This document shows positions 41,041 to 51,800 of a stretch of 64,000 bases of DNA, one piece after another; position 1 is the stretch's first letter; the number at the start of each line of letters is the position of its first letter. Location: contig MU008152.1 in assembly GCA_010909165.1 (NCBI GenBank), positions 310,001-374,000 on the forward strand. The letters run 5' to 3'. The notes below the pieces were generated by a model that saw only the letters and a program-made list of their open reading frames with translations, did not search any database and was not told the DNA's origin. Made by a program: the position numbers and the translations under genes. Source of the stretch: Anthoceros angustus (Eukaryota > Plantae > Anthocerotophyta).

Positions 41041-41112
41041 GCTCCGGCAATTCCGCCTTGCTCCGGCAATTCCGCCTTGCTCCAGCAATTCCGCCTTGCT
41101 CCAGCAATTCCG
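41041..41112. repeat. 19-bp tandem repeat, about 3.7 copies
   Basis: GCTCC(G/A)GCAATTCCGCCTT repeated head to tail in the region between the two divergent transposon genes. Confidence 0.9.
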
Positions 41113-41304
41113 TGTCGCGGTGAAGGAATTCGTGCAGAAGCAAGGCTGCACCAGTAGCCAAGTCGCCTCGAGCGGCGAGCATCAAATTCGGCTAACCCCA
41201 CAAGCATCGCGCACGCGGGAGGGTTGGTATTTCTGGCTTCAACCCACACAACCATTGTTTTGGATGGGCAATTCTGCCCTTGACCCGTCTTGTGTGATTT
41301 CGTG

Positions 41305-42500
41305 AGAGCAGATATGGCAAGTGGAAGGCGCAGCCGGAAGGAGCTGCTGGGCGCTGGCCAGGATCCTGTAGAGCTTGTGGACAAGCCAAAGCGGCATAAG
41401 AAACGACGCTCGAAGAAGGAAGAGGAGACAGCGGCAGCAGCACCTGCCCGTGAGCATAGCAGTGGAGGGGCAAAGGGTCCCGCGAAGTCTGGTTCCCACG
41501 TTTCTAAGAAACCAAGCTCTGCAAAGGGAGCGCAAGGGCCTGGGAAAAAGGTTGGCCTTCCCAAGTCTCAGAAGGCTCCTCCCCCGGATCCCATCCCATC
41601 TCCTTATACGTATGAGGAGGCGGTGCAGCTACGCAGGCACACAAGCCAGGTTGATGAAGTTGTTTTGTTGGAGAAAGACTGGTTGTTCACGCAGTCGGAG
41701 GAACCTGAAGAGGACACAATGGTGTGGACTCCCTTGTTAAAGCTGTGGATTTTTGGGTTCAATGGTGCTTTGCACAATCGAGGGCTAGGCGGGATGGGTT
41801 CTGGGCTACAATGGATGTGGTGGATGGTGAACCGGAGTTCCGTTTTGTGCACATCCAAGCCTTACAGTGGAAGGGTTGCCACCGACACGATGACTACAAT
41901 GTGTATGTGCTAAGGCGGCAAACTTTCACGGCGGGAAGTGTGAACCGTATATCCTGTCAAGGAAGTTCTTGGATGCTGGCGAATTGAAAATGTAAGTGCA
42001 AATGTTTCCTCAACTCTCTCTAACATGATCGGTGTGTATTTGAGAGGTCGATAAAAGTAACACATGTCTTGTGTTAAAACCATGTGGTGGAAGATCATTT
42101 TATAGGTTTCTTTGTCGGTGATTACAGACTCCATGAAAATGCACCGCGAGATGTCTTTGGAGGACAAGGTGCCTTCCACGCTTTGCCTTTACTAATGCAA
42201 GAAGAGGAAGCGAGTTTGGACCCTCGATGAGGAGGATGGTCCCATTGGGCAGCTAGGGCGGATGAGGAAGCCTCAAGACCAAGAGGAGGAAAGGGACAAG
42301 GGCTTCTTTGCTTGTGCCAAAGTTAGCATACGTCCTCGATGAAGATGGGGAGCAGGAGGAACCCTCCTCTTCGCGACAACCAGGAATTGGGAAGCCCGCA
42401 AATCAATTGGTTTGTATCGGGCTATGATGCAGGGGCAGGAGGAGGGGCGCCGGCATGCCGGCGCCTTTTGGGTGCCTTCCCAAGGGAGAAGGCACCCTAG
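41305..42500 (+). other. Lys/Glu-rich ORF segments inside the DNA transposon; either the 5' part of the cargo gene or a separate accessory ORF
   Basis: MASGRRSRKELL...KPKRHKKRRSKKEEE...PYTYEEAVQLRRH reads open for over 130 codons, with NLS-like basic clusters. Further acidic/basic segments lie at 42200-42500. No known domain recognised. Confidence 0.4.
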
Positions 42501-42929
42501 CATGTTAGGTGGTGTGCAATCAGAGGCACCACCGGCCGCTAGTGGTAGTGGGGAGCCCGCCACCGAGGGCTAAGAAACAAACATCTGGAGCCATGGAGCT
42601 CTCTATGCAGTGGTGGAGACGTCGAGAGGGGCGCATGCGGCGCCTCCTTCCTCCGATGATGGGCGGGCGCGCGCCCCATGTCTCGAGGCGGTGGAAGGGA
42701 GGCGACGCCGGCATGCCGCCCCCTCCTCCGATACGGATGTGGGCGCCGCATGCCGCGCCTCCCCTGTGATGGATGGGCGCCGCATGCGCGCCCCACTAGC
42801 CTCCGATGGTGAAGAGGGGGCGGCATGCCGCCCCTTCGGCGGAAGGTGGGGATGCGGGCGCCGCATGCGGCGCCTTCGTGGAAGGTGGGGATGCGGGGCG
42901 CCGGCATGCCGGCGCCCCACCTGTGAGCC

Positions 42930-45618
42930 GAGCAGAGATGGAGAACCCAGGGGCTGGGGGGAAGAGGAAGACTTCCTCATCTGACCCACCTGGAGGCAAC
43001 AGTCGGACTCACAGTGTGGATGCCGCAGCAGATACGAGGCGGAAGAAAGGAAAACGCGTCACACGGCCTTCCGATAGCAATGACATTCCAACTGTACATG
43101 TGGCCACAGATGGGGAGCGACTGCAGGCATCTATGTTGGATGAAGATTATTTGAGCAAACGAGAATCGGCGATGCAAAAAGGTGGTTCCAAACTGCTTGT
43201 GAAGCTCGAGAACTTGAGGCTGCATCATTCGACTCCGATGCACAGATCCGGAATGTGGATGAGGCCTGGGCTAACTATTTGGCGCGTGTGATAGCAAAAG
43301 GACGTATAGAGGAAGGAGTCCTCCCCCTGCTCTGTATGATTGACCCATCGGAATGCAGGGATATCCAAAGCCTGGACTGGATCAAGTTTCGGGCTAAGAA
43401 GTACGTGATGGGAGTCTTAGGTGGCAATCATACATATGCCGCCATGAAGCACCTTGCTGACATATCGCCAGGGAAGGCAAGGTTCCAATGGATGGAGGCC
43501 CATGTTTATTGTGCGCTTACTATAGAGGAGATGAGGATATTGGCAACAGACCACAACACGATGTCGACAAGAGGAAAAGATGAATTTCATCGAACAAGTT
43601 AGGTACCTGCGAGATGAGCTCCAAATTGCAAAGCGAGATGGTGTGACCATGAGCATGAACTGGAAGTTTAACCTTTATAAGGTGCTTGGGCTAATAGAGG
43701 ACGATGAAGGTCGCGAGGATGAGCAATATAAACAGAACAAGGTGGACAACAGGACACATATTCTATGCATTGCGAAATTGGAGGGAAAGGTTTGGAAGAA
43801 TGTTGATAGTATTTTCACAAAGTGGGAGGCCATGGAGCTACCGGAGCAGGCAAAGCATGTGGCAGCCGGGACCAGCAAGAAGAGCAAAGGAAAACGCAAA
43901 GTTGGTGATGAAACAAAGTCTGTTGAAGGTGTCTTCCTGAAGCCGAAAGAAATGCAGGGCAAGCCATGGCGCAGTTTCCAAGGTATTCCTCCAGGGGAGA
44001 CTGGGCAGAAGATGCTGATTAGTGTGACTGAGAAGGTGTTGACAGGTCTTTTAGACCTGAATGGAATGTCCAAAGAGGTGACACCTGCGGAAGAAATTTC
44101 ATGCCATACAAGTGGCTATGGCAAAGCATCTGGGGTGTAGTTCATTCGACATGGTGAGAGAAGAATACCCACTACACTCATCGGATGCAGGAATCGCGAG
44201 GTTCCAAACCGCCTTTGAGGGAAAGGTATGTCCTTCTATGTCCCCTCGATTAGATTGGAGGGCTGCCGCCGCCACCAATCGCTTGTTTTTCAATGGGAAG
44301 GAAGAGAGGCGGACGCGCATGCCGCGCCCGCCTCTCGGCGTGTGATTGTGAAGCTTTAGCGGTTGTTGTCTTCGCGCAAGTAAAAGATGTTGAAGACCAA
44401 GAAATTGCGAGGATTTTCAAGCTTTCATACGAGAGGTGCACACATGGAAAGGCTTGGAGGACGAGCAAAGGGCACTTGCAGACATGGACATGGAGGAAGG
44501 GCTCCAATCTTTCAGTGCCAAAACGGAGAATATTGTGAACTACCGGTGGTATCAAGAGATGCCTTGGACATGCGGGGTTTCTACGGGTTCAAGGTACACA
44601 CTATTGTTGATGGATGTGCCTGGATTCAATAAGGGACAACATGATGTGAAGATGGATCGAGTGAACACCATTTTCCATTCTTTCCATGACATGACAAGTT
44701 GCTCGGAGATTAGATTGATAGTCATGCATGGAGTAGAAGAGCTGCACATGGTGAGAGAGGCAATGCGGAAGTGGTGCAGGTGGAGGGATGGTCTCCTTCG
44801 TTTGGGATAAAGCGAATATGCACAACGACCAAGGAGGCTATGACACGGAGTACATCACGGTGGGTGGGTTTCACCTCCAGCACGATCGGGAAGATGTCTA
44901 TGCTCCCGAATAACTTGCAGGCTCTTTCAACAATGGGCGCAGCCCCTTGCGCATCAATGTTGTGAAGAAGTCTGTATATGTCATTTGACAAGCGGTGGTA
45001 TGTGCATACCGAGGCCTCTAGGCACGATGATGAAGCTCATCAAGAACTTTTCGAAAGAGGGAGACTGGGTTACGGATGTATGTCGGAGTGGTACTACGAC
45101 ATTGGCGTAGCTATGTGGACGCAATTGTATTGTCGATATTGATAAGCGGTGTGCGGAGTTTATTCCAGAGGATCCATGGATATGAAGTGCCGCGCCGAGG
45201 AGGAATTGACTCATGAGCCGCACTGTCGGGGACCCTCCCAATCGGGGCTAAGGAATTGAGTCTTTCTAAGAAGGATGTCTCCCAGGCTCAGGTGGTTCCT
45301 TTGGGGTTGAATAGGATGAAGGAGATCACTGGAGATATTCTGGACGATGGCCAACAAACCTTGCCCACCTTATGGCAGCCTGAGAACAACGGGAAAGGAA
45401 ATGATGGTGGCCTTTTGGATGCAGAGAATGCCATGAGGGAGAATGACAATTTTAAAGATGCGGAGGAGGCAAGGCTGAAGAGTACGGAAGTCGTCTTTGA
45501 TAGCGTGTCGGCGGTGCCCACGAGTCCCAACCTATGGATTAATTGGGCGATTAGGTCAAAGTTGCAGTGGCACATCATGGTTCGCCATCGATATAGTGCA
45601 AAAGCGATGCTTGCATGA
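42930..45618 (+). pseudogene. ParB-like domain plus beta-class DNA amino-methyltransferase (N6_N4_Mtase-like), frameshifted in this sequence
   Basis: ParB/Srx-like VLGGNHTYAAM at 43414-43446. MTase motifs in beta order: RDALDM (about 44556), LLLMDVP-G (44601-44624, degenerate motif IV), FVWDKAN...TEYITV (about 44797-44860), and PRPLGTMMKLIKNFSKEGDWVTDVC.SGTTTLA*LCGRNCIVDID (45009-45143, motif X/I region). Confidence 0.75.
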
Positions 45619-45915
45619 CTTTATACATATTCGTGTTTGGGATTTGAATCCTTTTATGCATATGTTACATGCCATTATTTCTGTTCATAGTTTGCATACA
45701 TTCTTTGCATGCGCCGACGCAGCCTCTCAAGACCGTATCACGCATATCATATACGATGAAATCAGACAAAACCATATTGTATGCCATTGACCAACCTGCG
45801 GCCAAAAACCTGAGGAATGAAAAAAGCCGCTTTTGTGACCGTGGAGCACATAGAAAATTGGTCCGAGGTTTCTGGAAGCGGCTTCGTATATTCAGCCCCT
45901 TCAAATATTAGCATG

Positions 45916-48480
45916 TTCCTTGGAGTTGGTCCATGTTGATCTTTGTGGTCCACTCCCAGTCCCTTCACTTGGCGGCGCACTGCACTTTATGACTATTGTT
46001 GATGACTATAGTCGCTATACATTTGCTATTCCGCTCAAGTTGAAGAGTGATTCCTTCGGCTCCTTTACTCCTTTTGTCACTATGGCTGAGCTGCAAACCG
46101 GTTGCAAGCTTCGGTGCATTAGATCTGACAATGCAGGAGAATTAAATAACAAGCAATTTAAGGACTTACATCTTGAGAGGATTATCCGTCGGTTCACGGT
46201 TCCCTATACTTCTCGGCGAATGGGGTTCTTTGAAAAGGCCAGCGGCGATCTGCTCGCCATGGCCCGCGCCATGCTTGGCGCTCGGCTCCCAAACCCTTAC
46301 AGGCGAGCGGTTAATCTGCGGCGTATCTCATAGCGGGGTTCTTTCAAGTCGGTTCTGGCGGACACCCTTTGAGTCCGGCATGGATATAAGCCTCTTATTA
46401 CTCATCTTGGATTTTGGCTGCCCGCCTATGCTAATATTCCTCTCGACGACAAGCTTTGCCTTTCATAGTGGTATTTGTTGGCTATGGCGAGGACCGTAAG
46501 GCTTATAAAGCGGTTGACTTGGATACCCATGCTATGTATATGCTCTTGTCACCTTTGATGAGGCTCGGTTAGCATCCGTTAGTCCATGGATTACCTTGGC
46601 TCCTTGACGACAACACTTCTTACCAGGTGACCTTATGCCCGAGTTTTGACTCGACCCTGCTTTTCCGACTTTCGGTCACGCCACTTTGCTCCATCCGGCC
46701 TCTTCACCTCAAGCGGCACCTATACCTATTATTCTGCTCGAGGGGAAGATGAGCAGGCCATTGTTGATCCTTATGAAATAGAGAAGACTTTGGTGCTCTT
46801 AATCCACAAGACCGAGTTCTGCTCCACCTTCTCCGTAACACTTGATCCACAGAGGTATCCTTCGTCATCATCAGCAAGAGACACCTGGAATGAGATCCCT
46901 TTGATTTAGAGTTCAATCAAGTGGCTACACCACCTGCTGCGGGTCATTTCAACGCCTGTTGCCTTGAGAGGAGATCCTCTCACTCTTCAAGAGGCATATT
47001 CGCGACTGATGCTAAGTGGAAGTTGCTATTGATGATGAATATAATTCTCTTATCAAAACAATACTTGGACTCTAGTAAACTTGCCTAAAGGCGAACTCAT
47101 CAAATGCAAGTGGGTTCTCAAAACTAAATTCCGGAGGTTGAACCTCGTATTCGCTATAAAGAGACTAGTGGCTAAGGGTTATAGTCAGAAAGAGGGAGTG
47201 GACTATCAGGGCGATAAGGTTTATTCACCTGTAGTCAAGGCTTGTGAGAATGCTCCACGGCTTTATGTGCCGAGCTTAACTGGAAATTTATCGACTTGAT
47301 GTTTGTCTTGCTTTCCTTTATGGTCATGCAAGAAGAGATCTATATGGATCAACGAAGACTATGAAGATGAGCAATACCCAAACAAGGTGTGTAAACTTAT
47401 TCGTTCTATTACGGACTAAAGCAAAGCCACGTTTATGGTATGAGAGAATGGACTCTTACCTCAAGAAGATAGGTTTATCCAAAGTGAAGCGACACCAATA
47501 TCTATGTACTCCATGGACTGACTCCCTTGTCTTTGGTTGCACTATATGTTGATGACTTGACAATATTGAACTAGTTAACAAGATTAAAGCTGACCTTAGT
47601 AAAGAATTCGAGATGAAGGATCTCGGCAAAGTTAAATATATTCTTGGTATGCATGTACATAGAGATACCACTGGTGCTATCTATCTCCATCAAGGAAGAT
47701 ATGTAGCTGGTATGTTAAAACGCTTCAATTTGGAGAATGCACGTGCGGCAGCCACACCTGGCGCCGTAGGTGTTAAGCTTTCATCTGCTACCTGTCCACA
47801 ATCAGAACAGGAAAAGAAAGAGATGGAAAATATTCCTTATCGTATGGGAGTTGGTACTCTCATGTTCTTGAGTAATCAGACCAGACCTGATATCTCAAAT
47901 ACTGTAAATGCTATTGCTCAGTTCTCAGAGAATCCAGGAAAGGATCACTGGGTTGCTCTCAAGCGCATCATGCGGTACCTCAAGGGTACTCCAAATTATG
48001 GCCTCGCTTCAAGCCTAGCGGAAAGAAGCATCACTCTTGACATGCTTTGTCGATGCAGATTGGGCTTGACACCGACAAAAAGTATCTCGATATTGCTTTC
48101 TTGCCGGCTCCATTGTTAATTGGTCTTGTAGAAAACAAGCTGCAATATCACTTTCATCAATGTAATCGAGTACAAAGCACTCAGAAGCCACGAAGAGGTG
48201 AATGGGAAAGAAAGCTATGTGAAGATTTGGATATGAAGCGGGAAGGGCCAGGTGCTTAATTGTGACAATATGTCGCCCATTGCTCTTGTCGCTAATCCGT
48301 TTTCATGCGCAAAGCATATTGAGATTCAACACCATTATATTCGTGGCCGAGAGGAGGAATTGTTAAGGTAGTATGTACCCACGATGACAACACAGGATAT
48401 ATTTGACAAAATCCTTGCGAAGTTCAAACACTGCCCACAGAGAAGGGCTTGGATTGGTTGATTGTAGCGACTTTTGAAGT
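45916..48480 (+). pseudogene. Inner Copia integrase, reverse transcriptase and RNase H (3' part)
   Basis: LELVHVDLCGP and IRSDNAGE (integrase). KCKWVLKTK, RLVAKGYSQKEG and YVDD at 47545 (RT). CDNMSPIAL and KHIEI near 48260-48330 (RNase H). Confidence 0.92.
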
Positions 48481-48691
48481 GGACCACACATTTGGTGAGG
48501 CGTATCTTATCTCAGAACGTTCAGTTACTTGAAGTTGACAGCTATTGTAGACCGCTTGCTTCAATCTTACTTGCGACCGGTGACGATCGGTGAGTTGAGT
48601 TTAGTTGAAGACCGTAGTACTTATACAATACTCCAGCGGCAAATGATTATTAGTTCTTTGATTTAGATAACCCAACTAGTCTGAGAGGGAG

Positions 48692-48876
48692 AGTTAGAAG
48701 TACAGACCGCGTTGGTTATGGTTAGCTTAGCTAAACCCAGCGTGGTCATACCCTTTGGTATCTAGTACCGAAGAGGTACAACTCTTCAGACACAGGCTAT
48801 AAAAGCCCACCTCTTGTAATCAATTGTATCAATTAGTAAAGCACTATCTTTGATCAAACGCATAGCACCTCAAACT
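48692..48876 (+). repeat. Inner Copia 3' LTR, 185 bp
   Basis: AGTTAGAAGTAC...CACCTCAAACT, directly after the PPT and followed by TSD GGCAA. Confidence 0.92.
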
Positions 48877-48881
48877 GGCAA

Positions 48882-51800
48882 GGGCGCCCGAGGTGGGGGG
48901 CCGACCAAGGCCAAACGGTCCGGGAGGAGGACGATCGAGGGAATTCTCTATACGTCTCGAACGGACCCCTCACCACCTAGGGAAGTATGGGAGGAAATCC
49001 CCTCCTCCCGGTGCCCCACCGAGTGCCCAAGGCGAGAGGCGGCCCCGCTCCAATAGCCCACCACCACCACAACCACGCGGAGCCTCACGGACCGTGAGGG
49101 AACCAAGAGACGCAAGAGGCCTACCAACGCAGACCTCGACGGTGCCAAGATTTACCCTTGCCCACGGAGTGGCAAGAAGCTGAGGAAGCGGTAAGGAGGG
49201 CGAAAGGACGCCGTGGAGCAGGAGGTCACCGCGCAGACTCGGAGCGGCCCCCTCCGGCTGTGAAGAGGCAAAAGGGCTTGCTCCCGGAACCCCTCACCTC
49301 CTCCGAGCCCCAGGAGAAAAAGGGCGGAGAAGGAACTCGCGGCCAAAAGGGCCAAGGAGGGTGAAGCTCCGAGTCAAGACTCAGACCTAAGGGTCCCGAT
49401 TAGGTCGAGAACCCACCGGACTTACTCGGACTGCGGTATGGAGGTCCTGATGAAATGCCGCCCCACTACGGACTTTGTGGGAGCCTCACCGATGCGGCCG
49501 TGGAAGAAACACGGTTGCTACCGCCATGGAGTATGCTTTGGGGTCTCAAGGGATGGCCGAGAAGACCTGGAGGTAGAAGCCACCGGGCGTATGGTACTCC
49601 TCCGGGAGGCGGTTGGAGGGGCCGGGAGGCGGAGGAAGCTCTCGGCGGTGAGGAAGGAGGGAGGAAGTCCATCGCAGGACGGACTAAATTCCTTCAGTGG
49701 AGGGTGAGCGAGCTAAGGAGGCCAGTGAGGACCTCTGCGGAGAGGGAGAGGGTGGCCGGAGGAGGCGGAGGCGAGGCGGGCTCGGGACTGGCGGAGGCGG
49801 AGGCGGAGGCTGGAGGCTCGGTGAAGGTGGCCGGGAGGCGGAAGCCACAGGGCCGGCCGATCACTATCGGCGTGATCGGGCCGGTGGAGGGAGGCTACTG
49901 CAGCCACGCCAATCAAGGCCGAGGCAAGAAGAGAGCAAGCACGGACGAGCCGTGCGAAACACTGGAGGCCAAGACCCGGAAATCGGGGACCTCGGCAGTG
50001 CAGGAGGTAGAAGGGAGGCGGAGGCTGGAGGGCAAGGACACCTTGGAGTTACAACTCAAGGCAGCGTCGGGCGACAAGGGTTCTCAACGAGAGAGTCCAA
50101 GACTTGACGGGAGATAGGCGCCTCGGCTCTGCACGAAGATGGGCGGGAGGCGGAGCAGCGGACCGGAGGAGGGTGAAGCTCGCGACAAGGAGATGGAGGA
50201 TCTCGGACTCGGCTCCGTGAGGTGGAGCGGCGGGGAGATGGAAGACCGCAAGGAGACCTTGGGCTGACTTCAAACTACCATTGAGAGGAATGGTAGTGCG
50301 GGGCGTGGTCGCGAACGCGAACGAAATAAGCGGCTCCGGCTACATTGGCGGGCGGCGATGGAGCGAGGCGGGGCGTCGCCGAAATGGAGAAGGGCACAGG
50401 CCGCGATCTGTGAGTTGCCCGGCCAAATGGAGAGGAGATGGCGGAGTTAACGGCCGGAATGGACAAAAAACCGGAAGCGCATAAGAAGCCGCTGGTCCGA
50501 TTGAGGAAGGCGGAAGGAGCAGCTGCGTTATGGTGGTTGGCGGAGGCAGGCGGCAGGAGTTGGGCGGTGGAGCAACGGCGGTTGCGGGGAGGTGGCCGGC
50601 GGCCCTTGCCTCGCGTGGCGGCCGGCTCCGGCTATCAAACTGGCGGGGAGGTGGTCCAACAAGCGGGCCGCTCGGCTCCGGAGCACCTATGGCGAAGGGA
50701 GTATCGGGTGCTCCGGGCACACGTGGAAGAGGCAATTCAACAAGTGGATTCGGACTTTGCCTATTACCACGCGAGCTCCACGAAAGCCTCTCCCAGCCCC
50801 ATAAACGGACCTGGAAGGCTCAGAGGGGGAAGAAGGGCATGGGGACAGCACGGGGACTCTAGTGGCCCTGTTTGGAGGCAGCGTGAGGAGAAGAGCCTCA
50901 AGAGGAGGCGAGGCCTTAGCGGACCCGGGGTAAGTTCACATAACTGCTCGGGAGAAGGGAGGTGGCGGCCACGAAAGGCGAAGGAGGAGCCAACCCGACC
51001 CAAGACAAGGGTCGGGGGTAGGGATGAGGACCTAGCGATCTGAGGTCCACAGATAAAGTCGGAGCTTGGGGGCCGGACCCGGTAATATCGGACCGAGGTC
51101 CGAACCCGACGAGGCGGACCAGCCGGCCGGACTCGAGAAATAAGCGGACTCACAGGTTCGGACTCGGGAGTCGAGGCCGGACCTCGAGGTCCGGACTCGG
51201 CGATGGAGGAGCCCCTTGACTTACGCTGGGGAAGCGAATGGCCGGTGGCCCCAGGAGGACCCAGGAGGAGGAGGATGGCGTTGTGGTAGCGGTCGTCGGA
51301 CCGCCGTGTAACTGACGATTCGGGAGAGGGGTAGCGCACAGAGGCGGAAGAGGCCCGGGCGCAAGCGGAGCGGGCTCGGGACCTGGTGGAGGCGGCCCGA
51401 CTAGACCAGAGCCAAGCTGGGGAGAAGCCTGTGAAGGTGGCTGTGAGGTGGAAGCCATAGTACGACCGCGATCACTATCGGCGTGATCGGAACCGGTGGA
51501 GGGAGGCGGGGTAGCCACCAATCAAGGCCGAGCAGCGGCAAGAGAGCAAGCACGGACGAGCTGCGTGGTAAACATGAGGCCAAGACCCGGAAATCGGGGA
51601 CCTGGCGCACGCAGGAGGTAGAAGGAGGCAGGAGCCGGAGGACAAGAAGGACACCTTGGAGTTACAACCCAAGACGCTGGAGCAAAGCAAGGGTTCTCAA
51701 CGAGAGAGTCCAAGACTTCGAGCGAGATAGAGCGCCCAGCCTCTCAAGATGGAGCAGGAGGCGGAGCAAGCGCGACCACCAGCCTGTGAAGTTCGCGACA

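Larger units (their letters stand above)
35496..45911. mobile_element. 10.4-kb TIR DNA transposon, Sola-like/DUF7869-type, carrying a methyltransferase cargo gene
   Basis: Perfect 26-bp TIRs CTAATATTTGAAGGGGCTGAATATAC (35496-35521, 45886-45911), flanked on both sides by CATG (35492-35495, 45912-45915). Removal leaves the palindrome AACATGTT just before the Copia integrase motif LELVHVDLCGP. Confidence 0.9.
30389..48876 (+). mobile_element. Ty1/Copia LTR retrotransposon with ~190-bp LTRs and AGTT...AACT termini
   Basis: LTRs at 30389-30580 and 48692-48876. TSD GGCAA (30384-30388, 48877-48881). tRNA-iMet PBS TGGTATCAGAGC (30581-30592). PPT GAGAGGGAG before 48692. Domain order gag-PR-INT-RT-RH. 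Confidence 0.93.

Noticed and set aside
42930-45618. Bacterial contamination or a prophage as the source of the methyltransferase
   Set aside because: The gene lies between matching TIRs inside a plant Copia integrase, next to an intron-containing transposase, with no operon structure. Read-level confirmation is still advisable.
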